Of a stretch of DNA of 64,000 bases, positions 52,660 through 64,000 are shown piece after piece (positions within the stretch are counted from its first letter, which is position 1; each line of letters begins with the position of its first letter). Origin of the DNA: Octopus vulgaris (taxonomy: Eukaryota); contig OX597827.1 in NCBI GenBank assembly GCA_951406725.2, positions 22,816,001 through 22,880,000 on the forward strand. The letters are read 5' to 3'. The notes under the pieces are model-generated. The model did not search any database, was not told the origin of the DNA, and saw nothing but the letters and a program-made list of their open reading frames with translations. Both the position numbers and the translations under genes were made by a program.

Positions 52660-53005
52660 GGCGCAGGAGTGGCCGTGTGGCATGTAGCTTGCTTACCAAC
52701 GACATGGTTCTGGGCACCTTGGGCAAGTTTCCTCCACTACAGCCTCAAGCTAACCAAAGCCTTGTGAGTGGACTTGGTAGACGGAAACTGAAAGAAGCCC
52801 ATCATATATATGTATGTGTGTGTGTATATGTTTGTGTGTCTGTGTTTGTCCCCACAACACCACCTGATAACCGATGCTGGTGTGTTTACGTCCCCGTAAC
52901 TCAGCGGTTCAGCAAAAGAGACCGACAGAATAAGTACTAAGCTTACAAAGAATAAGTCCTGGGGTCGATTTGCTCAACTAAAAGCGGTGCTCCGGCATGG
53001 CTGCA
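52660..53005 (+). mobile_element. SINE family B
   Basis: ggcgcaggagtggccgtgtgg..caccttgggcaagt..gtagacggaaactgaaagaagccc. Confidence 0.8.
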
Positions 53006-53714
53006 ATGTTTTCCCCTTGGTTATCCAACATCTCATGGCATCTGATTTGTCTTTCCCCCAACAAATACAAAAACGAATTTCCTATTTCTTTATAGATTTT
53101 AGCAATTTCTTACTCTCCTCTGGACACTCAATCAAACTCTTTGCATCTTTTACCATTACTGTGTAGTTTGAACCAATTTCTTTCATTTTCATTGTTCTTA
53201 GGTTTTTTCTCTCTTTTTCAGATTTTTATCTAAATCTTCCCTCTTTGTTGAAAAAGCATTTCCACACTCTGTCCTTTTGTTACACACTTTTCAACAACAC
53301 CCTCCAATCCCTTTTGCCATCCCATGTGTTTCCCTGATGTCTTTACCCCACACTCTGCTCTTCACCTCTTCCCCCCCCCCCCCCGCTTCCACAATACCCG
53401 CCTATGATTACACATCACAACTCTATACAACTCCACTCAGACCTCTGAGCATGTGCCATACCAACAACACACACAGCTTTCCTCATATGTCCACTTACAG
53501 CCAAACTCTTGTACTTACCTCTTCCTCCCTTCTTAACTCCCACCCCATAGAACAGCTTACTCCACCCCCTACTTTCTAAGCCTCCACCCATTTGTTTTCT
53601 CATTGGCTACTTCTCTTTCACTTTCTTATGATAATGGATCTGTCTCTTTCTATTATTGTGTTAAGCTAATACCTTATTTGTTCCTGTTATGTTGTCCATA
53701 TTTATTGTTCAAAG

Positions 53715-53930
53715 GGTGGCGAGCTGGCAGAAACGTTAGCACGCTGGGCAAAATGCTTAGCGGTACTTCATCTTCCGTTACGTTCTGAGTTCAAATTCCG
53801 CTGAGGTCGACTTTGCCTTTCATCCTTTCAGGGTTGATAAATTAAGTACCAGTTACGCACTGGGGTCGATGTAATCGACTTAATCCGTTTGTCTGTCCTT
53901 GTTTGTCCCCTTGTGGGCAATAAAGAAATA
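53715..53930 (+). mobile_element. SINE family A
   Basis: Consensus match. Confidence 0.8.
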
Positions 53931-53984
53931 TATATTTATTGTTCATTGTGTATATATACATGTATATGTATACACACACACACA

Positions 53985-54352
53985 TTCTTTTACCTGTTTC
54001 ACTCATTGGACTGCGGCCATGCTGGGGTACCGCCTGAAAGAATTTCAGTTGAACAAATCGACCCCAGGACATATTCTGAAAAGCCTGGTACTTCTTCTAC
54101 CAGTCTCTTTTGCTGAACAGCTAATTATGGGGACATAAACACACCAACGCCAGTTTTCAAGCAGTGGTGATGGACAAACACAGACAGACACAACAGACTT
54201 CTTTCAGCTTCCATTTACCAATTGTCCACTCACAAGGCTTTCATCAGCCCTAGGCTATATAGCACAGGACACTTTTCCAAGGTGCCAAGCAGTGGGACAA
54301 CCTGGGACCATGTGTTGGGAAGCAAGCTACTTATCACACAGCCACACCTGCA
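53985..54352 (-). mobile_element. SINE family B
   Basis: Reverse-complement copy. Confidence 0.75.
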
Positions 54353-54519
54353 CTAATTTGAAGAGAACAAGTTGACCTAATAATGAGGGACCTTGATTTC
54401 AACTTGGTTGGATTTCATCAGCTTCAATGAAGTCATAACCTACGTTTTTTGAGTTAGATAATATCCACATCCACTTGGTGTTGAAGATTTAATTTTTATA
54501 ATGAGACCATAATCTCGTG

Positions 54520-55135
54520 GCCTATGCCAGGGGCGTAACCAGCCCACTTATGCGTACCTTTTCCTTCTTTGGACACTAAAACTCTGCTTGCGAAGACCTG
54601 TTGAGGCAAGTGAAATCAAAATCAAAATCAAATTCGATGACTGGCGTCCGTGCTAGTGGGGTGCAAAGAGCACCATACGAGTGTGATCGTTGACAGAGTG
54701 GTTAACTGGCTTCCATGCCAGTGGCACGTAAAAGACACCATTCGAGCGTGATTGTTACCAGCGTCGCCTTACTGGCATTCAAGCCCCGTGCTAGTAGGGT
54801 ATTAAGAGCACCATCCGAGCATGATCATTGCCAGAGCGGCTATCTGGCTTCCATGCCGGTGGCACGTAAAAGACACCATTCGAGCATGATCATTAAGAGC
54901 ATCGCCTTACTGGCACCTATGCCAGTGGCATGTGTAAAAGATTCGAGTGAGGTCGTTGCCAGTACCGCCTAACTGGCCCTGTGCCGGTGGCACGTAAAAG
55001 CACCCACCACACTCTCGGAGTGGTTGGCGTTAGGAAGGGCATCCAGCTGTAGAAACTCTTGGTTCACCAACCCTAAGTCAATCGTCCAACCCATGCTAGC
55101 ATGGAAAGTGGACGTTAAATGATGATTATGATGAT
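54520..55135 (+). mobile_element. RTE-LINE 3' end (family C), long form with internal tandem subunits
   Basis: Repeated ccatgcc.gtggcacgtaaaagacaccattcgagc units, then ggaagggcatccagctgtagaaac..(GAT)n. Confidence 0.75.
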
Positions 55136-55733
55136 TTGTTTATATTATTTCCATTTGTCAGTTTTTTGTCACAAACTCAAGGAAACTTTTGCCATGATAT
55201 TCCAATTTAGGTGTAGTTCTAAGACATATTTCAAGCACAGATTTTAGCTAATTATGTGCTGACATAATAAAGTCAGCAATTAAAAATTAATTAACATTGC
55301 TAAGAGGGGAGGAAAACATTAGATTCAATGATTACCATTAATTAAATCAGCTCTGGAATTTTAATTGACAAAACTTACACCTGTAGTCAGTCAACACGTG
55401 ATTTTAAACAAATGATGACAATAAGCAGTTAGGATTAAAATTAGTCACAGAGCTGGTATATCTTTCTACTCACTACAAAATAGTTTTAATTAATTAGCTT
55501 TTTTTTTTTTGCTCACTTCCTTACGCTAGTATTAACCTAATGTGTTTCATGCATTTGGTAACTTTGATCAACCATTACGATAATTTACCCTACTAAAGAG
55601 TAAAAGTGAACACAAATTCAGATTTTTTACATATAGGCACCAGCATGGCTGTGTGCTAACAAGCTTGCTTCACAAAACTACATGGTTCCGGGTTCAATCC
55701 CATTGCTTGGCACCTTGGGCAAGTGTCTTCTAC

Positions 55734-55969
55734 AGTTCTATATTTAAGAGATGAGGAATTATGTACATTGATGGATATTTGTTCTCATCTTGTATGTTGT
55801 TAACCCCATGTTTTGGCTGATATACCCTCCAGCCTTCTTCAGGTGTTTTGGGGAAATTTCGAACCAGGGTTCTCATTCCCCAAGACACTCAATGAAGGCT
55901 GGAGGATATATCAGCTGAAACGTGCTAACAACAAACAAGATGAGGACAAATATCCGTCAAATGTAAATA
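55734..55969. mobile_element. Second inverted-pair hammerhead-family insertion, inside a family B SINE (55635-56190)
   Basis: Homologous to 45605-46017; perfect 13-bp TSD aagtgtcttctac at 55721-55733 and 55970-55982. Confidence 0.85.
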
Positions 55970-56419
55970 AAGTGTCTTCTACTATAGCCTCATGCTGGCC
56001 AAAGCCTTGTGAGTGGATTTGGTATATGGAAACTGAAAGAAGCCTACTATATATATATATATATATATATATCTGTGTGTGTTTGTCCACCACCAGCACG
56101 TGACAAATGGTGTTGGTGTTTTTATGTCCCCGTAACATAGTACTTTGTTAAAATAGACTGACAGAATAAGATTCATTTGACTAAAGAGAAATTCTTCAAG
56201 GCAGCTGCACCAGGCTCCAGTCTTGATCTGGCCGAGTTTCTACAGCTGTTAGGAAGGGCATCCAGCTGTAGAAACTCTGCCAGATCAAGACAGGAGCCTG
56301 GTGCAGCCATCTGGTTTGCCAGCCCTCAGTCAAAATCGTCCAACCCATGCTAGCATGGAAAGCGGACGTTAAACGATGATAATGATGACTGCTCCGGCAT
56401 TCGACCATTCTGATAAATG

Positions 56420-57006
56420 GGGGGAACACAAACCTAGTAAAGTAAGAAATACAAGATGTTGTGGGACTTTTAACGTTCAGACTGACAAAATAATAGAATA
56501 GAGAAGACCTGATTTAGTAGAAGTAGACAAAGAGAATAGAAAGTATCAGGTAATTGACTTTACAGTGCCAAATGATGAAAAAAAATCAATATGAGAGGTA
56601 TAGAGAAACTAGCAAAGCACCAGAACCTAGCCATTGTGTTCCAGAAGCTAGGGGAAATGCAGGTGAAATGTATTGCAGTAGTCGTAGGTCCCTAAAGATT
56701 TGAACAGATGGATAGAGGAAATAGGTATAAAACCCAGTTTAGTACAGCTGCAGAAAACAGTGTTATTAGGGACAGCTAGGATACTTAGGAGGGTTCTTGG
56801 TATCTAAGGTTACTTGTTGTAGCCCAATGTTAGGATTTTTTTCTTTTCCAACAGTCTAATCAGTTGTGCGTACACAAAATAATATTAATAATAATAATAG
56901 TAATAATAATAATAATAATAATGATAACAGGAAGAACTAGAATACTTAAGAAGGTTCTTGGCATCTAAGATTACTTGTTATGCATAAGTGAAATAATAAT
57001 AATAAT
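56420..57006 (+). mobile_element. R4/Dong-type non-LTR retrotransposon 3' end (restriction-like endonuclease)
   Basis: LWDF..QTDKII..RRPDLV.VDK..VIDFTVPND..QLQKTVLLGTARILRRVLGI*; ends in (TAA)n; second short copy at 56926-57006. Confidence 0.8.
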
Positions 57007-57917
57007 TTCTTAGATAAGTACAAACATAAAAATTTGATAGCATGGGTATAGTTGATTAAATCAAGTCCAGTATTTGACTGATAATAATAATAATAATAAT
57101 ATTTTATTGGCCACAAGAGCCCAAGGCATTGGAAACATTACAAGGACAAGATATAAAACAGCGGGGAGCAGGGTTTACATTGGGCAAAAAAAAAAGTAAC
57201 AGTAACAACAAATAACAATACAATATCAACAAGGAAAAGATCCCCAACATGAGTGGGGATAGTCCCCTAGGGTAAACCTAGGAGCTCAAAGATCCAGGTT
57301 TGCCCTGACTACCGAATGCCCTCTTCCAGCTTGATTCTCTGTCATACAGGCACATGCTGAGAGTAGACTCATTCACTCAAGCCAAGCTCACCATTCACAC
57401 TCATCTCTCAACAAATTTATAGAGGGCAGCACCTTCTTTTCCAGCCTCACCTCCTGCATTGAGTCGATGTAGGCTGAGTAGGCAAATGTTTGTCGTTGGT
57501 CCTTGCAGTTTTAATAATTATGGTTTGAATGATTTCTGAGACACAAGGCCACAAATTTTAGAGAAGGATGTCAGTGATTAAATCTACCCCAGTATATGAC
57601 TGGTACTCTATTTTATTAAGCTCCCACCCTACACCTAGGAAAAAGACAAAAAGTGCAGAGAAAACAAGAGGGATTTGAACTGATATTATTATGATATGAC
57701 GAAATAGCTCAAAGGATCTTGTCCATTATACAATTGAGTCTGTTAATAACTATTGCTCCAATAATAATGATAATAATCCTTTCTGTTGGAGGCACAAGGT
57801 CTCAGGTTTGTAGGGAGGGGACTAGTTGATTACATCAACCCCAGTGTTTCACTGGTACTTTATCGACCCCGAAAGTTTGAAAGGTAAAGGTGACCTTGGC
57901 AGAATTTGAACTCCTCA

Positions 57918-57964
<47 letters not shown>

Positions 57965-59021
57965 GTTTCAAATTTTGGCAGAAGACCAGCAAAAACTGGT
58001 ACTTATATTATCAACCTCAAAAGGATGAAAGCAAAAAGCTGACCCAGGCAGAATCTGAACTCAGAATGTAAAGACAGACAAAATGCCTGGCATACTAACG
58101 ATTCTGCCAGCTCACTGCACTAATAATAATAATCGTTTCTGGTTAGAAGTTTTGAAGGGTGGTTTTAGTGAATCACATTGACCCCAGTAACTTGATTGAG
58201 TACTTTTTATGTAATCTACCCTGGAAGGACGACAGGCATTTTGTCTGGCCCTGTAACAAATCCACCAATTCACTACACTTAAAAATGATTGCGCCTCATC
58301 TTGGTACAAGGCCAGTAATACTGATGGCAAGTGGGGTCAGTTGATATCATTGACCCCTCTACTCAACTGGTCCTTCACTCTATCAATCTCAGATGGATAA
58401 AAGGCAAAGTTGACCTCAGCACAATTTGAACTTGGAATTTTCCCACAGCTCTAATGATTCTACTGATGATGACGGTGATGGTGATGATGATGATAACAGT
58501 GTACATAGATACAAGGCCAAATAGAAAAGGGAGGAAAGATACAGTCGACTAAAGAGCCTAGTATATAACTGGTACAGGATTTTATTGATCCCTGTGGTAT
58601 AAAAGGCAGAGTCAACCTAGACAGCATGTGAAATGAGGACAAGAATAATTAGAAGAAGAATAAAAACAACGACAATAATAAGTTAAAATAATTTTCTTTA
58701 AATAAAGGAAATTAACCTAATGTTTAGTTTCCTTACTTTGTTTCTCCCTCCCCACCATGACCAACACCTCTTGGATTGTGTGCGGTTTACTCACTGTTGT
58801 GTTTATGTGTGTGTGTGAGTACTTGTCCGCAACTGCACTTTTGTGCTGCAATGTGCATGTGTTATATGTGTGTTTGTGCAAGTGTGCAGAAGAGAGGGGT
58901 GGGGTAGGCCGATAGAGGCGACAAGTTGCTTCTGTCTATCTATAGAAAGTCTGTTTCACTGTCCATATTTGTGAAAGTGGAGGGACAGAGTAAGTGAGGT
59001 GAGTGAGAGAGAGAGAGAGAC

Positions 59022-60275
59022 TCATAAGACAGGTTGGTGAAACGTGACTCGTCCATTGAGGCACCCTGCCACATACATGCAGTGATTTGGTGCAAACTTG
59101 GCCGTCACCACAACATTGGTGTGTGCCATGTTGCATGCCACCTCACACATCTTCAGTGGTCGCTGTGGCACGCAATCAGGTAGCTCGAGGCATTGTGGGT
59201 TGAATGCGAGCAGGCGTGTCCCAAAGCCAAATGGTGAGCAAATGAGTCGGCCATCGGAACTGAAGCAGAGCTCTTTAATGAAGCCCCGACCCACATTCGG
59301 TTCCTCGCTGTAATAGAGCAGACGTGGCTGGTTTTTGTGAATGCGATAAAGATGCGAAGGATATGACTTAACACCCGAGCAAACAGCTAGCATCCGCTTC
59401 TGTTGCTGATGGTGCTGTTGTCCAGCACGAAATATTAAGGTGTAATCGGCAGGCATGCGGGACGAGCCCCCACTGGTGCTCGCCTCAGGACGGCCAGTTT
59501 CCATGGAGCTCACTTCCCCTCTTGAGGAACGGTGCCTTAACAAAGAGGAGGAAGAAGATAGAGAGGAACTGTTTACTGTTTCGTGTTGGTTGGAATTACT
59601 TGTATTTGCACTTCGGCGCATTCCTTGCTGCTGCGCAGGCGAAAAACGGTTTGGTGCTGAAGTTGGTTGCATTGATTCACCGAATGTTGAAGAACGATTC
59701 TGTGTTGTTACATTGGTCACATTCCTGCTACTATTATCAGTTTGGGATGATGATGCATTTGATCCTCTGACGGGATCATTGCCTGGGATACTCTGGCCCC
59801 GTTGGTGTGATGTGGAGAACGAGGAAGGGCTGAGGTCGACACGGGGAGTTCGATAATATAGAATCCGGTTGCGAGTAGGTCGACTTGGGTTCACACGACC
59901 TCTCGGCAGAAAGTCAGAATCTGAGCCATCATCACCCCCACGACCACTACCCTCATTATCATCATCATCATCATCGTAATCATCACGTTCGTGGTGATTA
60001 TTGTCGTCATCGTCAGAAGCTGAATTTTCAGGGGTCGGTGATTGCACACGCACATAGATAAGCCAGGAGGGACTGGACGAGCGTGAATTTGAGGTCGGGG
60101 ATGGTGAACGTGTGGGGATGGGAGACATGGAACCAATAGGTCGACCAAGCACTGGTCCACTGGATGTAGATGGCTGCGGGCTGTAGTCCAACATTTCCTC
60201 ATCAAAGTCTTCAAAATCTTGTTCATCTACAGAAGTGTCCATCTTCATTTCCTGAATGTCATGCAGACATGTCCA
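59022..60275 (-). CDS. DCAF10: DDB1- and CUL4-associated factor 10 (WDR32), terminal coding exon
   Basis: cccag|TGG; WTCLHDIQE..RLLYYSEEPNVGRGFIKELCFSSDGRLICSPFGFG..GCLNGRVTFHQPVL*. Confidence 0.92.
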   Translation of the reverse strand, partial: WTCLHDIQEMKMDTSVDEQDFEDFDEEMLDYSPQPSTSSGPVLGRPIGSMSPIPTRSPSPTSNSRSSSPSWLIYVRVQSPTPENSASDDDDNNHHERDDYDDDDDDNEGSGRGGDDGSDSDFLPRGRVNPSRPTRNRILYYRTPRVDLSPSSFSTSHQRGQSIPGNDPVRGSNASSSQTDNSSRNVTNVTTQNRSSTFGESMQPTSAPNRFSPAQQQGMRRSANTSNSNQHETVNSSSLSSSSSLLRHRSSRGEVSSMETGRPEASTSGGSSRMPADYTLIFRAGQQHHQQQKRMLAVCSGVKSYPSHLYRIHKNQPRLLYYSEEPNVGRGFIKELCFSSDGRLICSPFGFGTRLLAFNPQCLELPDCVPQRPLKMCEVACNMAHTNVVVTAKFAPNHCMYVAGCLNGRVTFHQPVL

Positions 60276-60374
60276 CTGGGAAATATTAGAAGAAGAAAGA
60301 AAAGAGGAATAAGAAGAAAGTTTCAACTGGAAAAGGATTAAATAAAAATACAAGAGTAAGAGACGACAGAAGAA

Positions 60375-60548
60375 TACAGTTCGGTATTTAAGAGATGAGG
60401 AATTATTTACATTATTTTCATTTGACGGATATGTCTTCATCTTGTTTGTTGTTAACACAATATTTCGGCTGATATACCCACCCAGCCTTCTTCAGGTGTT
60501 TTGGGGAAATTTCGAACCTCGGTTCTCATTCCTAAGATATTTTTCGAA
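60375..60548 (-). mobile_element. Single-arm copy of the hammerhead-bearing element in the last DCAF10 intron
   Basis: Homologous to 45605-45780; motif aacac CTGAAGA..GAAAtaTT gtgtt at 60454-60500. Confidence 0.8.
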
Positions 60549-60994
60549 TGACTTAGACAAAATTCCATATGAGGAGGGGAGATAATTGCAAGAATTAAGA
60601 ACTTTTCAAAGTTGAGATGCCATTAAGGAAAAAGGACAAGTTTATTGTCTGGAGACAAGAAGACAGTCATGGGCGCCTGTTTCTACCTCAATAGGTGTCA
60701 TCAGCAAGGCAATTGTCCTGCCTTAACTGCAGTAAGAAGTCAAGGGACTTGGGCTTGTACAAAGTGACTGGAGAAAATAGGTGTATAACCTGTTTATCAG
60801 TCACACAGACTGAGGCAGAGTTATGTACAATATACTCGGACAAGGCTGTAGTAATTAGGAGTGGGGTTTCAACCTCCCAATCTGTGTGTGCTAAAGTTTA
60901 GCACTTACAGGTCAAAATGGTAAAAACAATAATGATAAACAACAAAAACAAAATAAAAATCTGTTGATCAACATCAATTGAAATTGTAGTTTTG

Positions 60995-61377
60995 ATACCA
61001 GTGCCGGTGGCACGTAAGAGAACCATCCGGACGTGGCCGTTGCCAGCGACGCCCCGACTGGCCTCCGTGCCGGTGGCACATAAAAAGCACCATCCAATCG
61101 TGTCTGTTGCCAGCCCCATCTGGCCTCCGTGCCAGTGGCACGTAAAAAGCACCATCCGATCGTGGCCGTTGCCAGCTTCGTCTGGCACCTGTGCCGGTGG
61201 CATGTAAAAAACACCCACTACACTCACGGAGTGGTTGGTGTTAGGAAGGGCATCCAGCTGTAGAAATACTGCCAGATCAGACTGGGCCTGGTGCAGCCTT
61301 CTGGCTTCCCAGACCCCAGTCGAACTGTCCAACCCATGTTAGCATGGAAAGCGGACGTTAAACGATGATGATGATGT
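60995..61377 (+). mobile_element. RTE-LINE 3' end repeat (family C)
   Basis: Tandem gtgccggtggcacgtaa subunits plus consensus tail. Confidence 0.75.
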
Positions 61378-61413
61378 GTTATGGTGTGAATAATGTCTGG
61401 CGGGATGACTTAC

Positions 61414-61473
61414 TTCTGAGTTTTCATCACTGCTTGTACTTCGAGATAAGCAACACCAGCCTTGGGGATGGAT
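61414..61473 (-). CDS. DCAF10: DCAF10 60-bp exon
   Basis: aatag|ATC..GAA|gtaagt; IHPQGWCCLSRSTSSDENSE, in frame with both neighbouring exons. Confidence 0.92.
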
Positions 61474-61936
61474 CTATTTGAAAAACAAGAAAAGGAAGTG
61501 AGATGAAAGCAAGGCAACAGCAACAACAAGAAATACACATGTATATCCTTAAAACTGGTGTATGTCTTGAAAACTGGTAATAGCGTTAAAGTTACTTTTT
61601 GTGTGGCACCAGCACAGATCTTAGACTTATTCAACTGGTCATCAGAGAAATAAATTAAGGTTTCCAAATCCAGTTTTAGCTTTCACTAAAAGCAAAGACC
61701 CAGCTACAGCAATACCATTTGATTGGTTCAATAAAAACTATTCAAGCAACATTTTATTGAATTTTTTTCATGCAAATATTCTCTATTTACTTTTTCTTTC
61801 ATTGTTAAACACACAACCTTCCAATAAAACCGAAAACCATTTTTTCTAAGTTCTCAATGTTGTAGAAAGTCAACAATCAGACGTGAACTTGCCATTAATA
61901 AACTTCAACTTATACATTATTTTATACATATTAATT

Positions 61937-62140
61937 GCCAGCCTCGCCTGGCACCTGTGCCGGTGGCACGTAAAAAGCACCCACTACACTCATGGAGTGG
62001 TTGGCGTTAGGAAGGGCATCCAGCTGTAGAAACACTGCCAGATCAGACTGGAGCCTGGTGCAGCCTCCTGGCTTCCCAGACCCCGGTCAAACCGTCCAAC
62101 CCATGCTGCATGGAAAACGGACATTAAACGATGATGATGA
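61937..62140 (+). mobile_element. RTE-LINE 3' end repeat (family C)
   Basis: Consensus match. Confidence 0.75.
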
Positions 62141-62289
62141 ATTAGATTTAGCATATCATTAATCAGTTTAAATTTAGTTTATCAGTAACTTTAGGCAATG
62201 CAATGCGGTTTATAACAAAAACTAAATGTTTAGAATGCAGTCTGAGGCATTTCACATATTATCTGCAGAGTAGCCCTCTCTTCATAAAT

Positions 62290-62460
62290 ATTTTCTACTA
62301 TAGGCACAAGGCCTGAAATGGGGGGGGGGGCGATAGTTGATTTCATCGACCCCAGTGTGTAACTGGTACTTATTGTATCAACCCCCGAAAGGATGAAAGG
62401 CAAAGTTGACCTTGGCGGAATTTGAACTCAGAACGTAGTAGCAGACTAAATATCACTAGT
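62290..62460 (-). mobile_element. SINE family A
   Basis: Partial reverse-complement copy. Confidence 0.7.
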
Positions 62461-63247
62461 AAAGATACTACTACTACTATTACTGTTGTTGTTGTTGCTC
62501 TTCCTGTGTGTATTTTAGCACTTTTATTATTATTCCAATAACATTAACAGACTAAATACTCCACAAAATTTAGTTTCGCCCATTTATAAGTTCTAAATCC
62601 AATCACTTTTCCAATAACCTTCCACTGCCACAAGATCAATAACTTTGAGTCAGTTCTATGAACACTACAGAATTTGTCAAAAACTTCTCCAACACAGTAT
62701 ACTTAAAGACATCAAGAAATTTTGAACTTAAACACAAAAGGATGAAATCATTGTCAAGTAGTTTTGTTCTTTTACTGCTCTGGTTAATGAACCATCCACC
62801 AAGCTAACAAAATCTATAAACAGACTTAAGCAGCCAGGAAAGCTGGCTGAGAGAAGATAATCTTACCAAAGAATATCTTAAGACCCATCTCTCCTCATCA
62901 GCATCACCACTATTGGTGTTGTCATCATCATCTCCAATATTTCCATATTGGCAAAAGCTGGATAAATCTACAATGTTGTAACCCACCTTTCTTCTTAATT
63001 CTTTCTCAATCATTTAGGTCCAATATGTTAACATTTGACCTCAATGTTGTACCATTGATTTCCCTCACTTACAGCTATATTCCACTAATGGTGCACCATT
63101 AATCCATCCATCAACAAAACACTGCCTTCCAGAATGCACCGCACCACACCATTAAACCATACATCTGTCGATCGACCTGACCATCTATCCATCTGAACAC
63201 CCACCCATCTGCCCCACTATCCATCACTCCACCCATCCATCCTTTCA

Positions 63248-63332
63248 TCCCTCCCCCACCCACCCTTCCGTCCCTCCCCCCACCCACCCTTCCATCCCTC
63301 CCCCCACCCACCCTTCCATCCCTCCCCCACCC
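63248..63332. repeat. C-rich 24-bp tandem repeat, about three copies
   Basis: ccctccccccacccacccttcc(g/a)t units. Confidence 0.8.
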
Positions 63333-63374
63333 AATCAACACTGTTCCAGCCCTGGGTGGGGCTGCTGCACTGAC

Positions 63375-63696
63375 CTGAAGGGATGCAATCACACACGCTT
63401 CATCGCGGCCGGGAAAGTCACTGATGAACTCAACACGGTTCCGATGCCGTTCAAAGACATGGTTGTAGAGTGTGCTGTTGCGACGAGGGATCTGCTCCAA
63501 CTGCATGAAGCGGTAAAACTTTGGTTTGAATCCCCGTAAATCCTGTTCCAGATACGATAAATCGAGATTGTGGATGACAATCAGATAGCCTTCTGTTGTT
63601 GAAATGACAATTTTTGAAGAGTCTGGCGTTAACTTGGAACGCATCAATCCACTGGTGTGGAATACTCGTTTGAAATTTGGTTCATTTACAGAATAA
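63375..63696 (-). CDS. DCAF10: DCAF10 internal exon (upstream exons lie beyond the window)
   Basis: tgcag|T..CAG|gtcagt; FHTSGLMRSKLTPDSSKIVISTTEGYLIVIHNLDL..RNRVEFISDFP..VIASLQ. Confidence 0.92.
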
Positions 63697-64000
63697 CTGC
63701 AAGAGACAATATGAATACTTATATATAGATATATACATACATACATGTGTGTGTGTGTGTTGTGAGAGAAAAAACATGAAGTGTGAGTTTGGCATTTCTT
63801 CCAACAGATAATTACTATAAATAGAAATAGAGGAGTCAGTGGTACCATAAATTGAAGAGTCAGAATAAGAGTCAAAGAAGTAGTGTATCCATTCAACCGT
63901 ATTGCTCGCCCAAGCATGAGGTTTTTAATCACCCAGCCACACCTGTACTCAGAAGTTTATACAATCAGACTCACCTGTTTATGTCCCAGGTGTATATACT

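Noticed and set aside
60276-60458. N-terminal part of the 478-aa ORF
   Set aside because: Intronic: upstream of the acceptor at 60276-60277 and partly repeat-derived.
63111-63932. 273-aa ORF taken as a whole gene
   Set aside because: Only 63375-63696 is exon; the flanks are read-through into introns.

Overview
AT-rich, microsatellite- and retroposon-rich animal genomic DNA. The repeat landscape suggests an octopus or other coleoid cephalopod (inference). Three protein-coding genes are supported. (1) Nine coding exons of PDCD4 on + (20060-31144); its N-terminal exons were not found in the window. (2) An intronless IMMP1L CDS on + (47524-48009). (3) The last three exons of DCAF10 on - (63696-59022), with a large low-complexity insertion. 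The rest is tRNA-derived SINEs, RTE, CR1, R4/Dong and Penelope fragments, mariner and DD37D remnants, MITEs and a non-autonomous Helitron. Most notable is a small non-autonomous element family carrying minimal type-I hammerhead ribozyme motifs. Two insertions are inverted pairs with ~13-bp target-site duplications, and one of these has a tRNA-like Pol III head. Two further hammerhead-like families cluster at 43.2-46 kb. There is also a 540-bp spacerless palindrome downstream of PDCD4. Exon coordinates were derived by hand from GT/AG sites and frame continuity; repeat boundaries are approximate and family names rest on recalled motifs, not database searches.
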